Positions 25,822 to 34,383 of a stretch of DNA of 64,000 bases are shown piece by piece. The notes under the pieces were generated by a model, which ran no database searches, had not been told where the DNA came from, and saw only the letters and a program-made list of their open reading frames with translations. Made by a program: the position numbers and the translations under genes. Position 1 is the stretch's first letter. Every line of letters begins with the position of its first letter. The stretch is from a virus (lineage: Duplodnaviria > Heunggongvirae > Uroviricota > Caudoviricetes), in IMG/VR virus record IMGVR_UViG_3300033075_001920; one strand, 5' to 3'.

Positions 25822-28800
25822 ATGCTGGTACCATTTGGATTTATGTCTTCGGACGCGGAAGTTAACACAGACAATTATAACTTTACGTTATCTGCGCCGG
25901 CAATGGTGAGTGCCGGTGTTTATGATTCTGATGATTATCTGCTGAGGGTTCTTTTCCAGGGGGAATATTTAGAAGCAGGCAATCACGTATTTACATGGGA
26001 TAAACTCGACAGACAAGGTAATCCCGTTACGGGCACTCCCGGTGTTGATTGGGTTATAAAGTATTTGAGGTCTGAGGCAAATATTGTCTATCAATCTCCT
26101 TTAATAGGAAACTCCTCCACCGTTGAGCATGGCCGGCATAAACTCAGATCATTCAATCCGCTGCAGTGCGCCGTATTGGATGGTAATATTATGACCTTTG
26201 GATGCGGATATGCCGAAGGTATCAGCTCTGCCCACCAATTACTTTACGATAACAAGGGAGAAAAACTTAATGACCTTCTAGATGGTATATTTGGTGAAAA
26301 TGGTCAGGAAACAGAATTTATATGCTCAGACGGAACTATTGTTTATCTGGCCGGCTTTGACCCGTACAACAACGTTACTTCATGGGTCTTTGGAGTATTA
26401 CTGAACAATACAACAGAATTTGAATTTGCGGATGGTGTTCCATACACATGCTCTATCGGACGAACATATAACTGGTGTATTGGATACATGGATGGCGGCA
26501 CCGATGAACAAATAACCGGAATAGCCGTATCGGATTCATATCTATACATTGCCAGAGGCGGCATTGATACTATTCAGATTTTAAATAAACTTACCGGTGA
26601 ACTCCTTGTGACCAACACGGATTATACGAACCCGAGGGCTATATCTATCATTGGAGATAAAATGACGATGATTACCGGCACTTCAGGAGCGGGTGATGTT
26701 GATACATATACACTCTCAGGCACTACAATTACCCTGGATGTATCACTAGCCAGTCTGGTTGACCCGTTAAATACGGCTATGAGCGTTAGGCTTATAGAGT
26801 ACCTGCAATCAACAAACAGTTCAATTTCCGGATACGATACACTTCAAACATGGAGACCGGTTTCAACCCAGGAAGTAGTAACGGTAACAACTACCAATGT
26901 AAGCACAGAATATCTTTTAAAAGCTTTCAATACCGGCGCCATTGGTCTTACATCCATTCCTGCATGCGATTGGGAATTTAACACCTATTGCAGAGCTTCG
27001 CTGGCTAATCAGAAGCTGGTTTACAGGGTTTATAAACGCGCAGTCGACACCACGGAAACACAATTATTTACCGTAACGTCTGCAAATATGACAAACGGAA
27101 GTGTTCCGCCATACGATTTATTGACTACAACCAGTTCACAGGGTGCATTCACAATAGACCCTACTGATATAATTGTTGTAAAAATATACGCATACAGAAC
27201 TACCGGCTCGGCTGCGACAGTTAATATCGCCTACGACGGGGCTACTTACATGTCTTACTTTAAGGCAGTTCCTACCACGCCATACATATATATTATTGAT
27301 GGTGGTTCAAGTATGCAAATTAAGCGTTATGATCTGGCCGGTAGCAGTGTAGATACATTTGGAACAGCAGGAGGGTATATCACAAATTCACCTGCAGTAA
27401 CAAATGCTAAATTTGCTTTTGACGATGTTACTGTTCCTTATGGAGAAAGTAATGGATTCAGACCGTTTATTTTACCGGTATTTGATTCAACCTATTGGGT
27501 AATGGATCCGGGGCTGGAAAGATTCCAGCATTATGATTCAAGTAATACGTACATAGAACGCATTAACTGGCTGATCAACTCATACATTGTTATGGGTGTT
27601 ACCGCTGACCCTACAAGGGTATTTAATAAGCTCAATGAATACAGCGTGCCACTGGAAACCCCAGAAGATGCTCAAACCCCTGTAAACTACTGGGCAGGAA
27701 AATTAACGGCAGATTATTTCGACCAGTGGGTGCAGTCATACAGGCAAATTGTAGAGTTTCCTAACGGGGAAACCTATATGCTGTTAAACCATCCGTCAGA
27801 AGGTACATACGAACTTGTCAGGTTAGATCCAACCGTAGGTATTGTTTACTTGGGTATAGATACCGATGCCGACTATGGAACAAGGGTATGGATTGATGAA
27901 GCCACAGGTGATTGGTATTGGGCTGATACAACCTTCTCGGTTGGCGATCCAATTTACATTAAAAAAAGAACCGTTACAGGTTATTCAGGCGGAGGACTTA
28001 TTCCTACATACAGCGCATGGGCTGTCAACACTACCACTCCTGATATTGTAGCAAATTCTGTTACTGCGGATGCTTCCAACAATATCTTCGATACATTCCC
28101 GGTAAAAACATTAAGCGGAAAATTTGCGCTTTATAATCCTGAAAAAACCAATTTAGGATACCACCAAAATATCATAAGAGAGGGAGATAATGCCTGGGAT
28201 TCAGTTTCACATCCTGCCACCTGGTTTGGATCTGCAACTGATAACCCCTATGGTGTTCCGGATGGGTATTATGGAGGATATCCGGATAAGGGATATCATG
28301 ATATAGCCAACCACGTTCAATATGCAGGCTCGAGAATGTTTACGGCCAATAACTTCCTTATACTGCTTTATAGAGGGGAATTCTGGCACGATACGCAGAC
28401 CAATAAGATGTTCCTGTATAACGATATGGGTCTGATGGTTGGTATTATTGGAATAACAGCCGATTCATCCAGAGCTTTAAATGATGATCCATATTATTCA
28501 GCGCAGGCAACGCCGTACATGGTTGGAAATGCATTTACAGCTGCATTCTTTTATTCAGGAACTACTCTTTACATACGTCAAAACGATGAAAGCTATCAGT
28601 CAGCGGTGACTCCTTGGAAAATTGAAAATATGGACTCAGTGGTTGTGGCCAATGCAACCATAGGTGGAACTCTTATTGATGATGGATATGTAAGCTTGCT
28701 TGATGATGTTCCGGTAAGGGACGACGAAGTTCTGTCCGTTGGAAATTTAGTTCGTACTCCAAACAGCCAGTACCATAACGTGCCATCGGGAGATAACTGG

Positions 28801-29370
28801 TGGAATGTCATTTCCGGACATTACAGTTATTTACCGGGCACAAATGACGTTTCTGTTCGCGGAAGAAGCACATTAGGTGCAACATTGAGCTTTGACTTTG
28901 AAATAGATCCTTCGCCGGTGGTTTCTTCTGAATTTACAGTAAGGGGAGGTATTATACTTGCGGCTCCGTTCCCAACCAATGAGGATGTTGGTATTCAATT
29001 CCAGATATTGGACGATACGGATAAAGTTATTGCAAGGATGAAACCAATGTCCTATAATGGTTTCCCATATCCGGTTTTCAGAATGCTGATGAACGACGAT
29101 GATTCCATGTTCCAGCTCGAAGGATATGACTTCTCATACGGTCCGTATTTTAAAGATAATGCAGATTTTTCAATCAGGGTATATTCAGGTGGCTGCGACT
29201 TTACTTTTGGAGATGAAGATCCGCTCACAGGTGTTGCGCTTATGGATCCGACTGCAGACAGGTTCTCTCCTGCAAAAGTCAGAATATTAATAGTAACCAC
29301 CGATGGATTGGATAATTGGACAAACGATAATTTAATGATCATAAAAGCCTTAGAAATCAAAAAAGAATGA
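25822..29370 (+). CDS. large fibre/spike or host-recognition protein
   Basis: 1182 aa, the largest ORF. The N-terminus is MLVPFGFMSS. The body is beta-rich and aromatic-rich with no membrane helices. Confidence 0.5.
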   Translation: MLVPFGFMSSDAEVNTDNYNFTLSAPAMVSAGVYDSDDYLLRVLFQGEYLEAGNHVFTWDKLDRQGNPVTGTPGVDWVIKYLRSEANIVYQSPLIGNSSTVEHGRHKLRSFNPLQCAVLDGNIMTFGCGYAEGISSAHQLLYDNKGEKLNDLLDGIFGENGQETEFICSDGTIVYLAGFDPYNNVTSWVFGVLLNNTTEFEFADGVPYTCSIGRTYNWCIGYMDGGTDEQITGIAVSDSYLYIARGGIDTIQILNKLTGELLVTNTDYTNPRAISIIGDKMTMITGTSGAGDVDTYTLSGTTITLDVSLASLVDPLNTAMSVRLIEYLQSTNSSISGYDTLQTWRPVSTQEVVTVTTTNVSTEYLLKAFNTGAIGLTSIPACDWEFNTYCRASLANQKLVYRVYKRAVDTTETQLFTVTSANMTNGSVPPYDLLTTTSSQGAFTIDPTDIIVVKIYAYRTTGSAATVNIAYDGATYMSYFKAVPTTPYIYIIDGGSSMQIKRYDLAGSSVDTFGTAGGYITNSPAVTNAKFAFDDVTVPYGESNGFRPFILPVFDSTYWVMDPGLERFQHYDSSNTYIERINWLINSYIVMGVTADPTRVFNKLNEYSVPLETPEDAQTPVNYWAGKLTADYFDQWVQSYRQIVEFPNGETYMLLNHPSEGTYELVRLDPTVGIVYLGIDTDADYGTRVWIDEATGDWYWADTTFSVGDPIYIKKRTVTGYSGGGLIPTYSAWAVNTTTPDIVANSVTADASNNIFDTFPVKTLSGKFALYNPEKTNLGYHQNIIREGDNAWDSVSHPATWFGSATDNPYGVPDGYYGGYPDKGYHDIANHVQYAGSRMFTANNFLILLYRGEFWHDTQTNKMFLYNDMGLMVGIIGITADSSRALNDDPYYSAQATPYMVGNAFTAAFFYSGTTLYIRQNDESYQSAVTPWKIENMDSVVVANATIGGTLIDDGYVSLLDDVPVRDDEVLSVGNLVRTPNSQYHNVPSGDNWWNVISGHYSYLPGTNDVSVRGRSTLGATLSFDFEIDPSPVVSSEFTVRGGIILAAPFPTNEDVGIQFQILDDTDKVIARMKPMSYNGFPYPVFRMLMNDDDSMFQLEGYDFSYGPYFKDNADFSIRVYSGGCDFTFGDEDPLTGVALMDPTADRFSPAKVRILIVTTDGLDNWTNDNLMIIKALEIKKE

Positions 29371-29564
29371 GCACTATTACCCAACTTCCGGAGCAATTAA
29401 AAATCGTAAGAACGCCTAACAATATGCCAAACGATATGGTTTGCACTTGTGGTAAAAAACTGCAAGTCCCCATAGATTTAAAACAGTGGATTTTGCCGAA
29501 AGTAGAAGAGAGAATACAGAAATTCTACGATGAGCACAAGAAATGCAAACCATTGAGTAAGTAA
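29367..29564 (+). CDS. small Cys-containing hypothetical protein
   Basis: 65-aa ORF with ATGA coupling to the previous gene. Confidence 0.45.
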   Translation: MSTITQLPEQLKIVRTPNNMPNDMVCTCGKKLQVPIDLKQWILPKVEERIQKFYDEHKKCKPLSK

Positions 29565-29612
29565 GAGAAAAGGCACTTGCACTTACGTTTTATGCCTTTT
29601 AGAAATAATTTG

Positions 29613-29620
29613 TAAATTTG
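29613..29620 (+). promoter_or_regulatory. Bacteroidota-type -7 promoter box (TAAATTTG)
   Basis: TAnnTTTG match 4 nt upstream of the ATG at 29625. Confidence 0.35.
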
Positions 29621-29624
29621 TACT

Positions 29625-29915
29625 ATGTCTATTATAGCAATTGGAGAAGTTGCAGCTGTTCTTACCAAAGCGGGAATAGATTTGCACGATAGTAACCAGC
29701 GAAGAAAATTCGACCAGGCGGTTGCGGGTATGAATGCCGCCAAGCAAAGAGAACTGGCCGATAAGCTTGCCAAAGAGCAGAGCAATGCCATGCGTATGCA
29801 GATTATAGCCGATGCTATAAAAAAGCAGCAACAGAATCAATATATTCCCATATATATTGGAGCCGGTTTACTATTGACAGGACTCATTGTAACGCTTATT
29901 ATACTTAAAAAATAA
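29625..29915 (+). CDS. protein with C-terminal membrane anchor
   Basis: 96 aa. The C-terminal helix is IPIYIGAGLLLTGLIVTLIIL. Confidence 0.5.
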   Translation: MSIIAIGEVAAVLTKAGIDLHDSNQRRKFDQAVAGMNAAKQRELADKLAKEQSNAMRMQIIADAIKKQQQNQYIPIYIGAGLLLTGLIVTLIILKK

Positions 29916-29918
29916 ACC

Positions 29919-30242
29919 ATGTTTGACAAAACAAAAATAAAATACTTTATCGGTATAGTTGCCATTACAGGTTTGCTCATTTTTGTGCTTAAGCCTAAGG
30001 ATAAGAGCGGAATAAAAACACCGTCACTAGCGGATAAGAAAAAAATTGACGAGAAAGAAAACGCCAGAATTGCGTTGGATGCATATCTGAATGCCGTGGA
30101 AGCCGGGGAAAACCAGCAGGCTTTACTGAAGTTGAATGCAATTATGTCCGAGCAGTTTGGTATCAGAGTAGCGAGAAAAAAAGATGGCACATGGGTTGCC
30201 AGATCTTCCGATGGAAGGGATATATTGTATGTAAGAGCATAA
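29919..30242 (+). CDS. N-terminally anchored membrane protein
   Basis: 107 aa with helix YFIGIVAITGLLIFVL. Confidence 0.5.
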   Translation: MFDKTKIKYFIGIVAITGLLIFVLKPKDKSGIKTPSLADKKKIDEKENARIALDAYLNAVEAGENQQALLKLNAIMSEQFGIRVARKKDGTWVARSSDGRDILYVRA

Positions 30243-30691
30243 TGGCATCAAAGAAGCCCAAAAGACGAACTGACAAGACAGTTCCCCAAAAGCAGCAAGA
30301 AGGGGATAAAAAAGGTACGTCCGTGGGTAAGGGTAACTCATCAACAGCCCAGACAAGTTCTCAGGGAGCATTCTTTTTTCAATTTGACAATGACCGGCCT
30401 GAGTACATTAAAGGTCAGAAAGAAGGTCAAAATCTCTCTATACGTGTTCTTCCAAGTATTGATGGTGGCTTTAAAGCGCAGTGTAACGATAAGACATTTG
30501 AACTGTATTACGATGCACTTATTGGATTTTATTGTTTCCGGTTCAACAGACGATTCACAACAATATTTCCATTAATTTCACATGCTCCTGTTGATCTGTT
30601 AATTTCCCTTACAAGGGTTTCTTCCTCAATTGCTGTGTTTAATGATTTTGTAGGACATTCCTTTAAAATTTTCTATAAAGAACATGCCTGA
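30242..30691 (+). CDS. hypothetical basic protein
   Basis: The track ORF opens at 30191. The ATG at 30242 (MASKKPKRRTDK) abuts the previous stop (TAATG). Confidence 0.45.
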   Translation: MASKKPKRRTDKTVPQKQQEGDKKGTSVGKGNSSTAQTSSQGAFFFQFDNDRPEYIKGQKEGQNLSIRVLPSIDGGFKAQCNDKTFELYYDALIGFYCFRFNRRFTTIFPLISHAPVDLLISLTRVSSSIAVFNDFVGHSFKIFYKEHA

Positions 30692-31127
30692 TTACATACC
30701 AACTTTAACTACTTCATCGACTCCTTTTATAGAAGTAACTTCAGCAGGTGGTGTCAGCTACACTGAAATACAGAACTCTATTGGAACTTATGTTTACCAG
30801 ATATTGAACTTATACCAGAGAGCCAGTAGTATAAGTCAGATAATGCAGAACATCCTTTTGAGAAAATACGACAAATTTGGTAATCGTCAGCTCAGATTGA
30901 TGGAAATGAACATTGATCCGTTTCAGTTTCAGGCTTCACTTAATAAAAACATGCGGAATCTTGACTACCGTTTTGACAACAATAACAATATGTACATGAC
31001 GGTTGAAGGCAATACATTGATAAACATTGTTATAGATATGATAGAATTGAACCGGGCTGATATGCTCGGTCCCAATGATACATTTAAGGAGATTGAATTT
31101 TTGAAGGATTATAATATTGATTTTTAA
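30684..31127 (+). CDS. hypothetical protein
   Basis: 147-aa ORF. Confidence 0.45.
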   Translation: MPDYIPTLTTSSTPFIEVTSAGGVSYTEIQNSIGTYVYQILNLYQRASSISQIMQNILLRKYDKFGNRQLRLMEMNIDPFQFQASLNKNMRNLDYRFDNNNNMYMTVEGNTLINIVIDMIELNRADMLGPNDTFKEIEFLKDYNIDF

Positions 31128-31430
31128 ATGGCAAAGATATATTCTGTAGAAAATCAACCCGGCATGTTTGGATTTTATTGTCCCGGATGTAAGATGGATC
31201 ATGGATTTACCATTGCGCATCCGGATATGGACCATAAAATCAAGTGGGTATGGAATGGCAGTTTTGATGCTCCCACGGTCAGGGATAGTATACGGGTTGT
31301 GTATCCTTGGGGAGATCCGCCGGTTCAAATGCTTTGTCATTTATATTTGGACGATGGGTTTATCCGGTTTTTAGATGACTGCACGCATGGATTGAAGGGG
31401 CAAATAATACCAATGAATGAAGTAGAATGA
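31128..31430 (+). CDS. small Cys/His-rich (putative Zn-binding) protein
   Basis: 100 aa with CPGC...H...H...LCH...DDCTH spacing. It resembles small phage metal-binding proteins of unknown function. Confidence 0.4.
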   Translation: MAKIYSVENQPGMFGFYCPGCKMDHGFTIAHPDMDHKIKWVWNGSFDAPTVRDSIRVVYPWGDPPVQMLCHLYLDDGFIRFLDDCTHGLKGQIIPMNEVE

Positions 31431-31789
31431 AACAGAAGCAGATTATATTGCAGGTTCAGAACAATATGAGCATTCAGGCTCCCATATCTCTTTTTGGCGG
31501 TATGTTTGACCCAAATGGCAATACAGTTAATACGCACAACCGCTGGGCATGGGATATCAGTGCTCAGACTTACGTAGGACTATCATTGTTCCAGTTGCAA
31601 TATAGAAGAGTAGGGGTAATTCCCTATACCACCATCAGCATGCCTGTACCGGGCAATTTTGCAGATGTAATCCGGATTTTAAATTTACAAGGTCTTGGAA
31701 CGTTTTGGGCTGTAAGTTTGATTCTGCCACCACTGATGATTTATACTATGTCCGATACTCTGCAGTTTAATCAGCTTTCAATAGCATAG
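31427..31789 (+). CDS. hypothetical protein
   Basis: 120-aa ORF, the last gene of the + block. It converges with and overlaps the - strand methyltransferase end by 23 nt. Confidence 0.45.
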   Translation: MKQKQIILQVQNNMSIQAPISLFGGMFDPNGNTVNTHNRWAWDISAQTYVGLSLFQLQYRRVGVIPYTTISMPVPGNFADVIRILNLQGLGTFWAVSLILPPLMIYTMSDTLQFNQLSIA

Positions 31790-33011
31790 CCTCATATTGT
31801 TCGATTGCTTTTGCAATTTGCATAAACACTTGTGGTACAATTGCATTACCGCCTGCCTTTATAGATTGTTCTCTCCACCGTGTAAAGGTTTTTTTTGGTT
31901 TTACGTTGTTTCTTCTTGGGTCTTGATAAACGGCAGTAGGGTCCAATCGGGAGGGAATCCCATCATTTCCATCACAAAAAGGGGAGACAGTTGGCCACTC
32001 GTCCCAGTATGATCCTGCATTACTGCGCAGAGATAATCCTTTTCTGACATGTGTACATGACTCTTTGAGTTTAGCGGTCCTACTCCCTTCCACTCCGATG
32101 CTCGAGGGGTTGGAATTAGCCCATTTTCTTTCAAAACTGTTTTCAAGGCTTTGCCCCCTTGTGCGAAATTTGTGTTTCTGTCCGCCCCCGATGTTGGCGT
32201 CGGAATTAGTCCCTGTATTTGAAGATATTCCAAATGGCTCTCTAAGTATGACATTGCGACTAAATGACCCTTTCTTTCCGCTCTGGTATGGTATCCTTCC
32301 TGTCCGCCAACTCGAGGAGTTGGAATAAGACCGTGCATTATTGTGTCTGTCAGATTCAAACTGTGGCTGTTGCCGTTTGCCGCTTTTCTGCGTCCAGTTT
32401 TTGTTAATTCCGCTTTGGGGTGTGGAGTTTCTTGTGTTGTTACTGTAGGCAATAAACCAGACTCTATATCTCCGGTGGGGTGCTCCGACACCAGCAGCTG
32501 GAAGTACAAACGGGAGAACCTCATATCCTTCGGACTCGAGCTGCTGCGTCTGATCACTGTCTTTGAACGCAGCTCCCAAGTCAGCTTGCACCTCGTCGAA
32601 GACCATCCCGGCATTCCAATTAATAAGCCCGAGAACGTTCTCGCCCACGACCCAACGGGGACGAACCTCTCGAATGACTCTAAGCATCTCTGGCCAGAGG
32701 TGGCGTTCATCCTCTTTTCCTTTTTGTTTTCCTGCGACTGAGTAAGGTTGGCATGGTCATCACGGGAACCCTCCGACGAGAACAATGTCATTTGTCCTCC
32801 AGAGGGTTCCTTTTGTTTTTGAAATTTCTTCATTTAATTTTTGGTAATTGAGAGTATGAATATCGTCATGATGATAAGCATCAGGCCAATAGTATTTTAG
32901 TAGATGTCTGCAAAAAGGATTTATTTCGCATGAGGATAGAACTTCCCAACCTAAGGCAGAAGCCCCAAGTTCAAACCCACCCATTCCGGAAAAAAGGCTA
33001 ATTAATTTCAA
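31767..33011 (-). pseudogene. DNA (cytosine-5) methyltransferase, interrupted by in-frame tandem TGA-TGA inside motif IV
   Basis: Motif I FSGMGGFELG and GGFP, then TGA TGA (32757-32762). The same frame continues PCQPYSVAGKQKG, ENV, GAPHRRYRVWFIAY and GNAIVPQV. A second frame carries GLIPTP repeats and MGFPPDWT. Confidence 0.75.
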
Positions 33012-33014
33012 TAC

Positions 33015-33575
33015 TTATGGATCTAAACGCATTGAATTACAGATTCCGGACTTCACATTAATAAATCCATCCCATTCTAAAGATCCTGATCTGGTTCTGG
33101 CAGACCATCCATAACTACCCTCTTTGGCTATAATGGTAACAAATCCATCTGCATTACAGGCCGGCTCTCCGGAAATAACATATTTGGTAATTGTGCCTAC
33201 ATAGCTGCCATTTACCGATATATCAATAACTTCCCCGAAATTATGGTTCACATAAAACACGCAGGTACCCCTTACGTTTTCTATGTTTACAATTTGGGAA
33301 GCGGAAGAGGAAACATTGTCGATACTTGTAGCTTTTAGATTCACAAGGTAAGAACCATTTTTGCTATACTTATGGGTTGTATGCTTTGATGTGGAACTTG
33401 CGCCATCTCCAAAATCCCAATTGAATTTTTCTCCGTTGGAGGTATTATTGGTAAAGGTAACGCTCCCTTCATCGGTGGGAGAGATAAAGTATGAGAAACC
33501 GGTTTCCGGTGTTACTTTTTTGCAGCCGCTTACGGTTGCAAGCAGGGTAATTAAAATTAATTGTATTATTTTCAT
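33015..33575 (-). CDS. lipoprotein with PKD domain
   Basis: Lipobox signal MKIIQLILITLLATVSGC. FNWDFGDGASSTSKHTTHKYSKNGSYLVNLKA matches the PKD domain core. Confidence 0.7.
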   Translation of the reverse strand: MKIIQLILITLLATVSGCKKVTPETGFSYFISPTDEGSVTFTNNTSNGEKFNWDFGDGASSTSKHTTHKYSKNGSYLVNLKATSIDNVSSSASQIVNIENVRGTCVFYVNHNFGEVIDISVNGSYVGTITKYVISGEPACNADGFVTIIAKEGSYGWSARTRSGSLEWDGFINVKSGICNSMRLDP

Positions 33576-33603
33576 ATTTGTTCAATATTCAAAGCTTGTG
33601 CCA

Positions 33604-34290
33604 TTATTTCTTGTAGAAATACTTTGGAGTAGAATCCGGCACATCCAGCATCTTTGGTTTAATCTTTTTAAGCTTGAAGAAGTCCTTACAAGCTTTTTGA
33701 GCACCCTCCAAAGCCCAATCGTCGATAATAATGATTCCTCCTTTTGAAACAAAGGGATATAGGTTCATTAAAGCATAAAGGGTAGGATCGTAAATATCCA
33801 TATCCAAACGTAGGATAGAAATAGCCCCTATTTTATTAATTGTCTGCGGGAGGGTATGTTGTATCCATCCTTCGACCAATTCAATGTCCAGTGAGCCATA
33901 AAGACCCCAATCGGTTAAATTTTTGATTACCTGCTGGCGGGATACGGAGGTAACACCACTGGATTTCAGAAGTTCCTCTTCAGGTACATTGACATCGTGG
34001 GTGATAGTACCTATACCTGGCTGTTCTTTATCATTCTTACCGGCAAGCTGAATTCCCTGAAAAGAGTCAAAACCCCAGAATTTTCTTCCCGATGGTCCTC
34101 CGGCGTCAAGTACACCGAGCATCATACTGGCAAAGTTTCCTGCTGCAGCCACTCCGCATTCAATAATATCTCCGGGAATGTTTTGCTCAATGATTTCTTT
34201 ACCACACTGGTAGCTGTGCAGCTGAGTTTGTTTGGTTGAATAGACATACTGTCCGATACGGTCCAGTTTTGCCTGAGTATTTATATCCAT
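33604..34290 (-). CDS. TylF/macrocin-O-methyltransferase-like class I SAM methyltransferase
   Basis: IECGVAAAGN (SAM-binding loop) and ISILRLDMDIYDPT...GGIIIIDDW match TylF-family hallmarks by eye. Confidence 0.6.
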   Translation of the reverse strand: MDINTQAKLDRIGQYVYSTKQTQLHSYQCGKEIIEQNIPGDIIECGVAAAGNFASMMLGVLDAGGPSGRKFWGFDSFQGIQLAGKNDKEQPGIGTITHDVNVPEEELLKSSGVTSVSRQQVIKNLTDWGLYGSLDIELVEGWIQHTLPQTINKIGAISILRLDMDIYDPTLYALMNLYPFVSKGGIIIIDDWALEGAQKACKDFFKLKKIKPKMLDVPDSTPKYFYKK

Positions 34291-34360
34291 AATCGTTGGA
34301 ACTTATTTTTTGGTAAAAATAATATTTTTTAAGTTATTCGAAAGTAAAAAGCTATAAACG

Positions 34361-34368
34361 CAAATTTA
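34361..34368 (-). promoter_or_regulatory. Bacteroidota-type -7 promoter box (TAAATTTG on - strand)
   Basis: + strand CAAATTTA is the reverse complement of TAnnTTTG, ~70 nt upstream of the start at 34290. Confidence 0.3.
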
Positions 34369-34383
34369 TAAAATACATTAAAA

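Noticed and set aside
29567-29600. Hairpin AAAAGGCA...TGCCTTTT after ORF 29367-29564 as a terminator.
   Set aside because: The stem is only 8 bp and A/T-rich, the loop is 17 nt, and the T-run is part of the stem. That is too weak to annotate as a terminator.
32065-32745. + strand ORFs 32065-32328, 32343-32741 and 32563-32745 opposite the methyltransferase gene.
   Set aside because: They are a consequence of the locally GC-rich, stop-poor sequence. I recognised no motifs, starts or expression signals. The - strand carries clear methyltransferase motifs.
32757-32762. Idea that TGA is recoded (code 4 or 25 style), which would make the tandem TGA-TGA in the methyltransferase readable.
   Set aside because: TGA cleanly terminates many well-bounded genes here, often in ATGA start/stop overlaps. 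Examples are 60-686, 1978-2226, 9294-9902, 10138-10386 and 12150-12944. Trp-Trp or Gly-Gly inside GFP-PCQ would also not match the motif.
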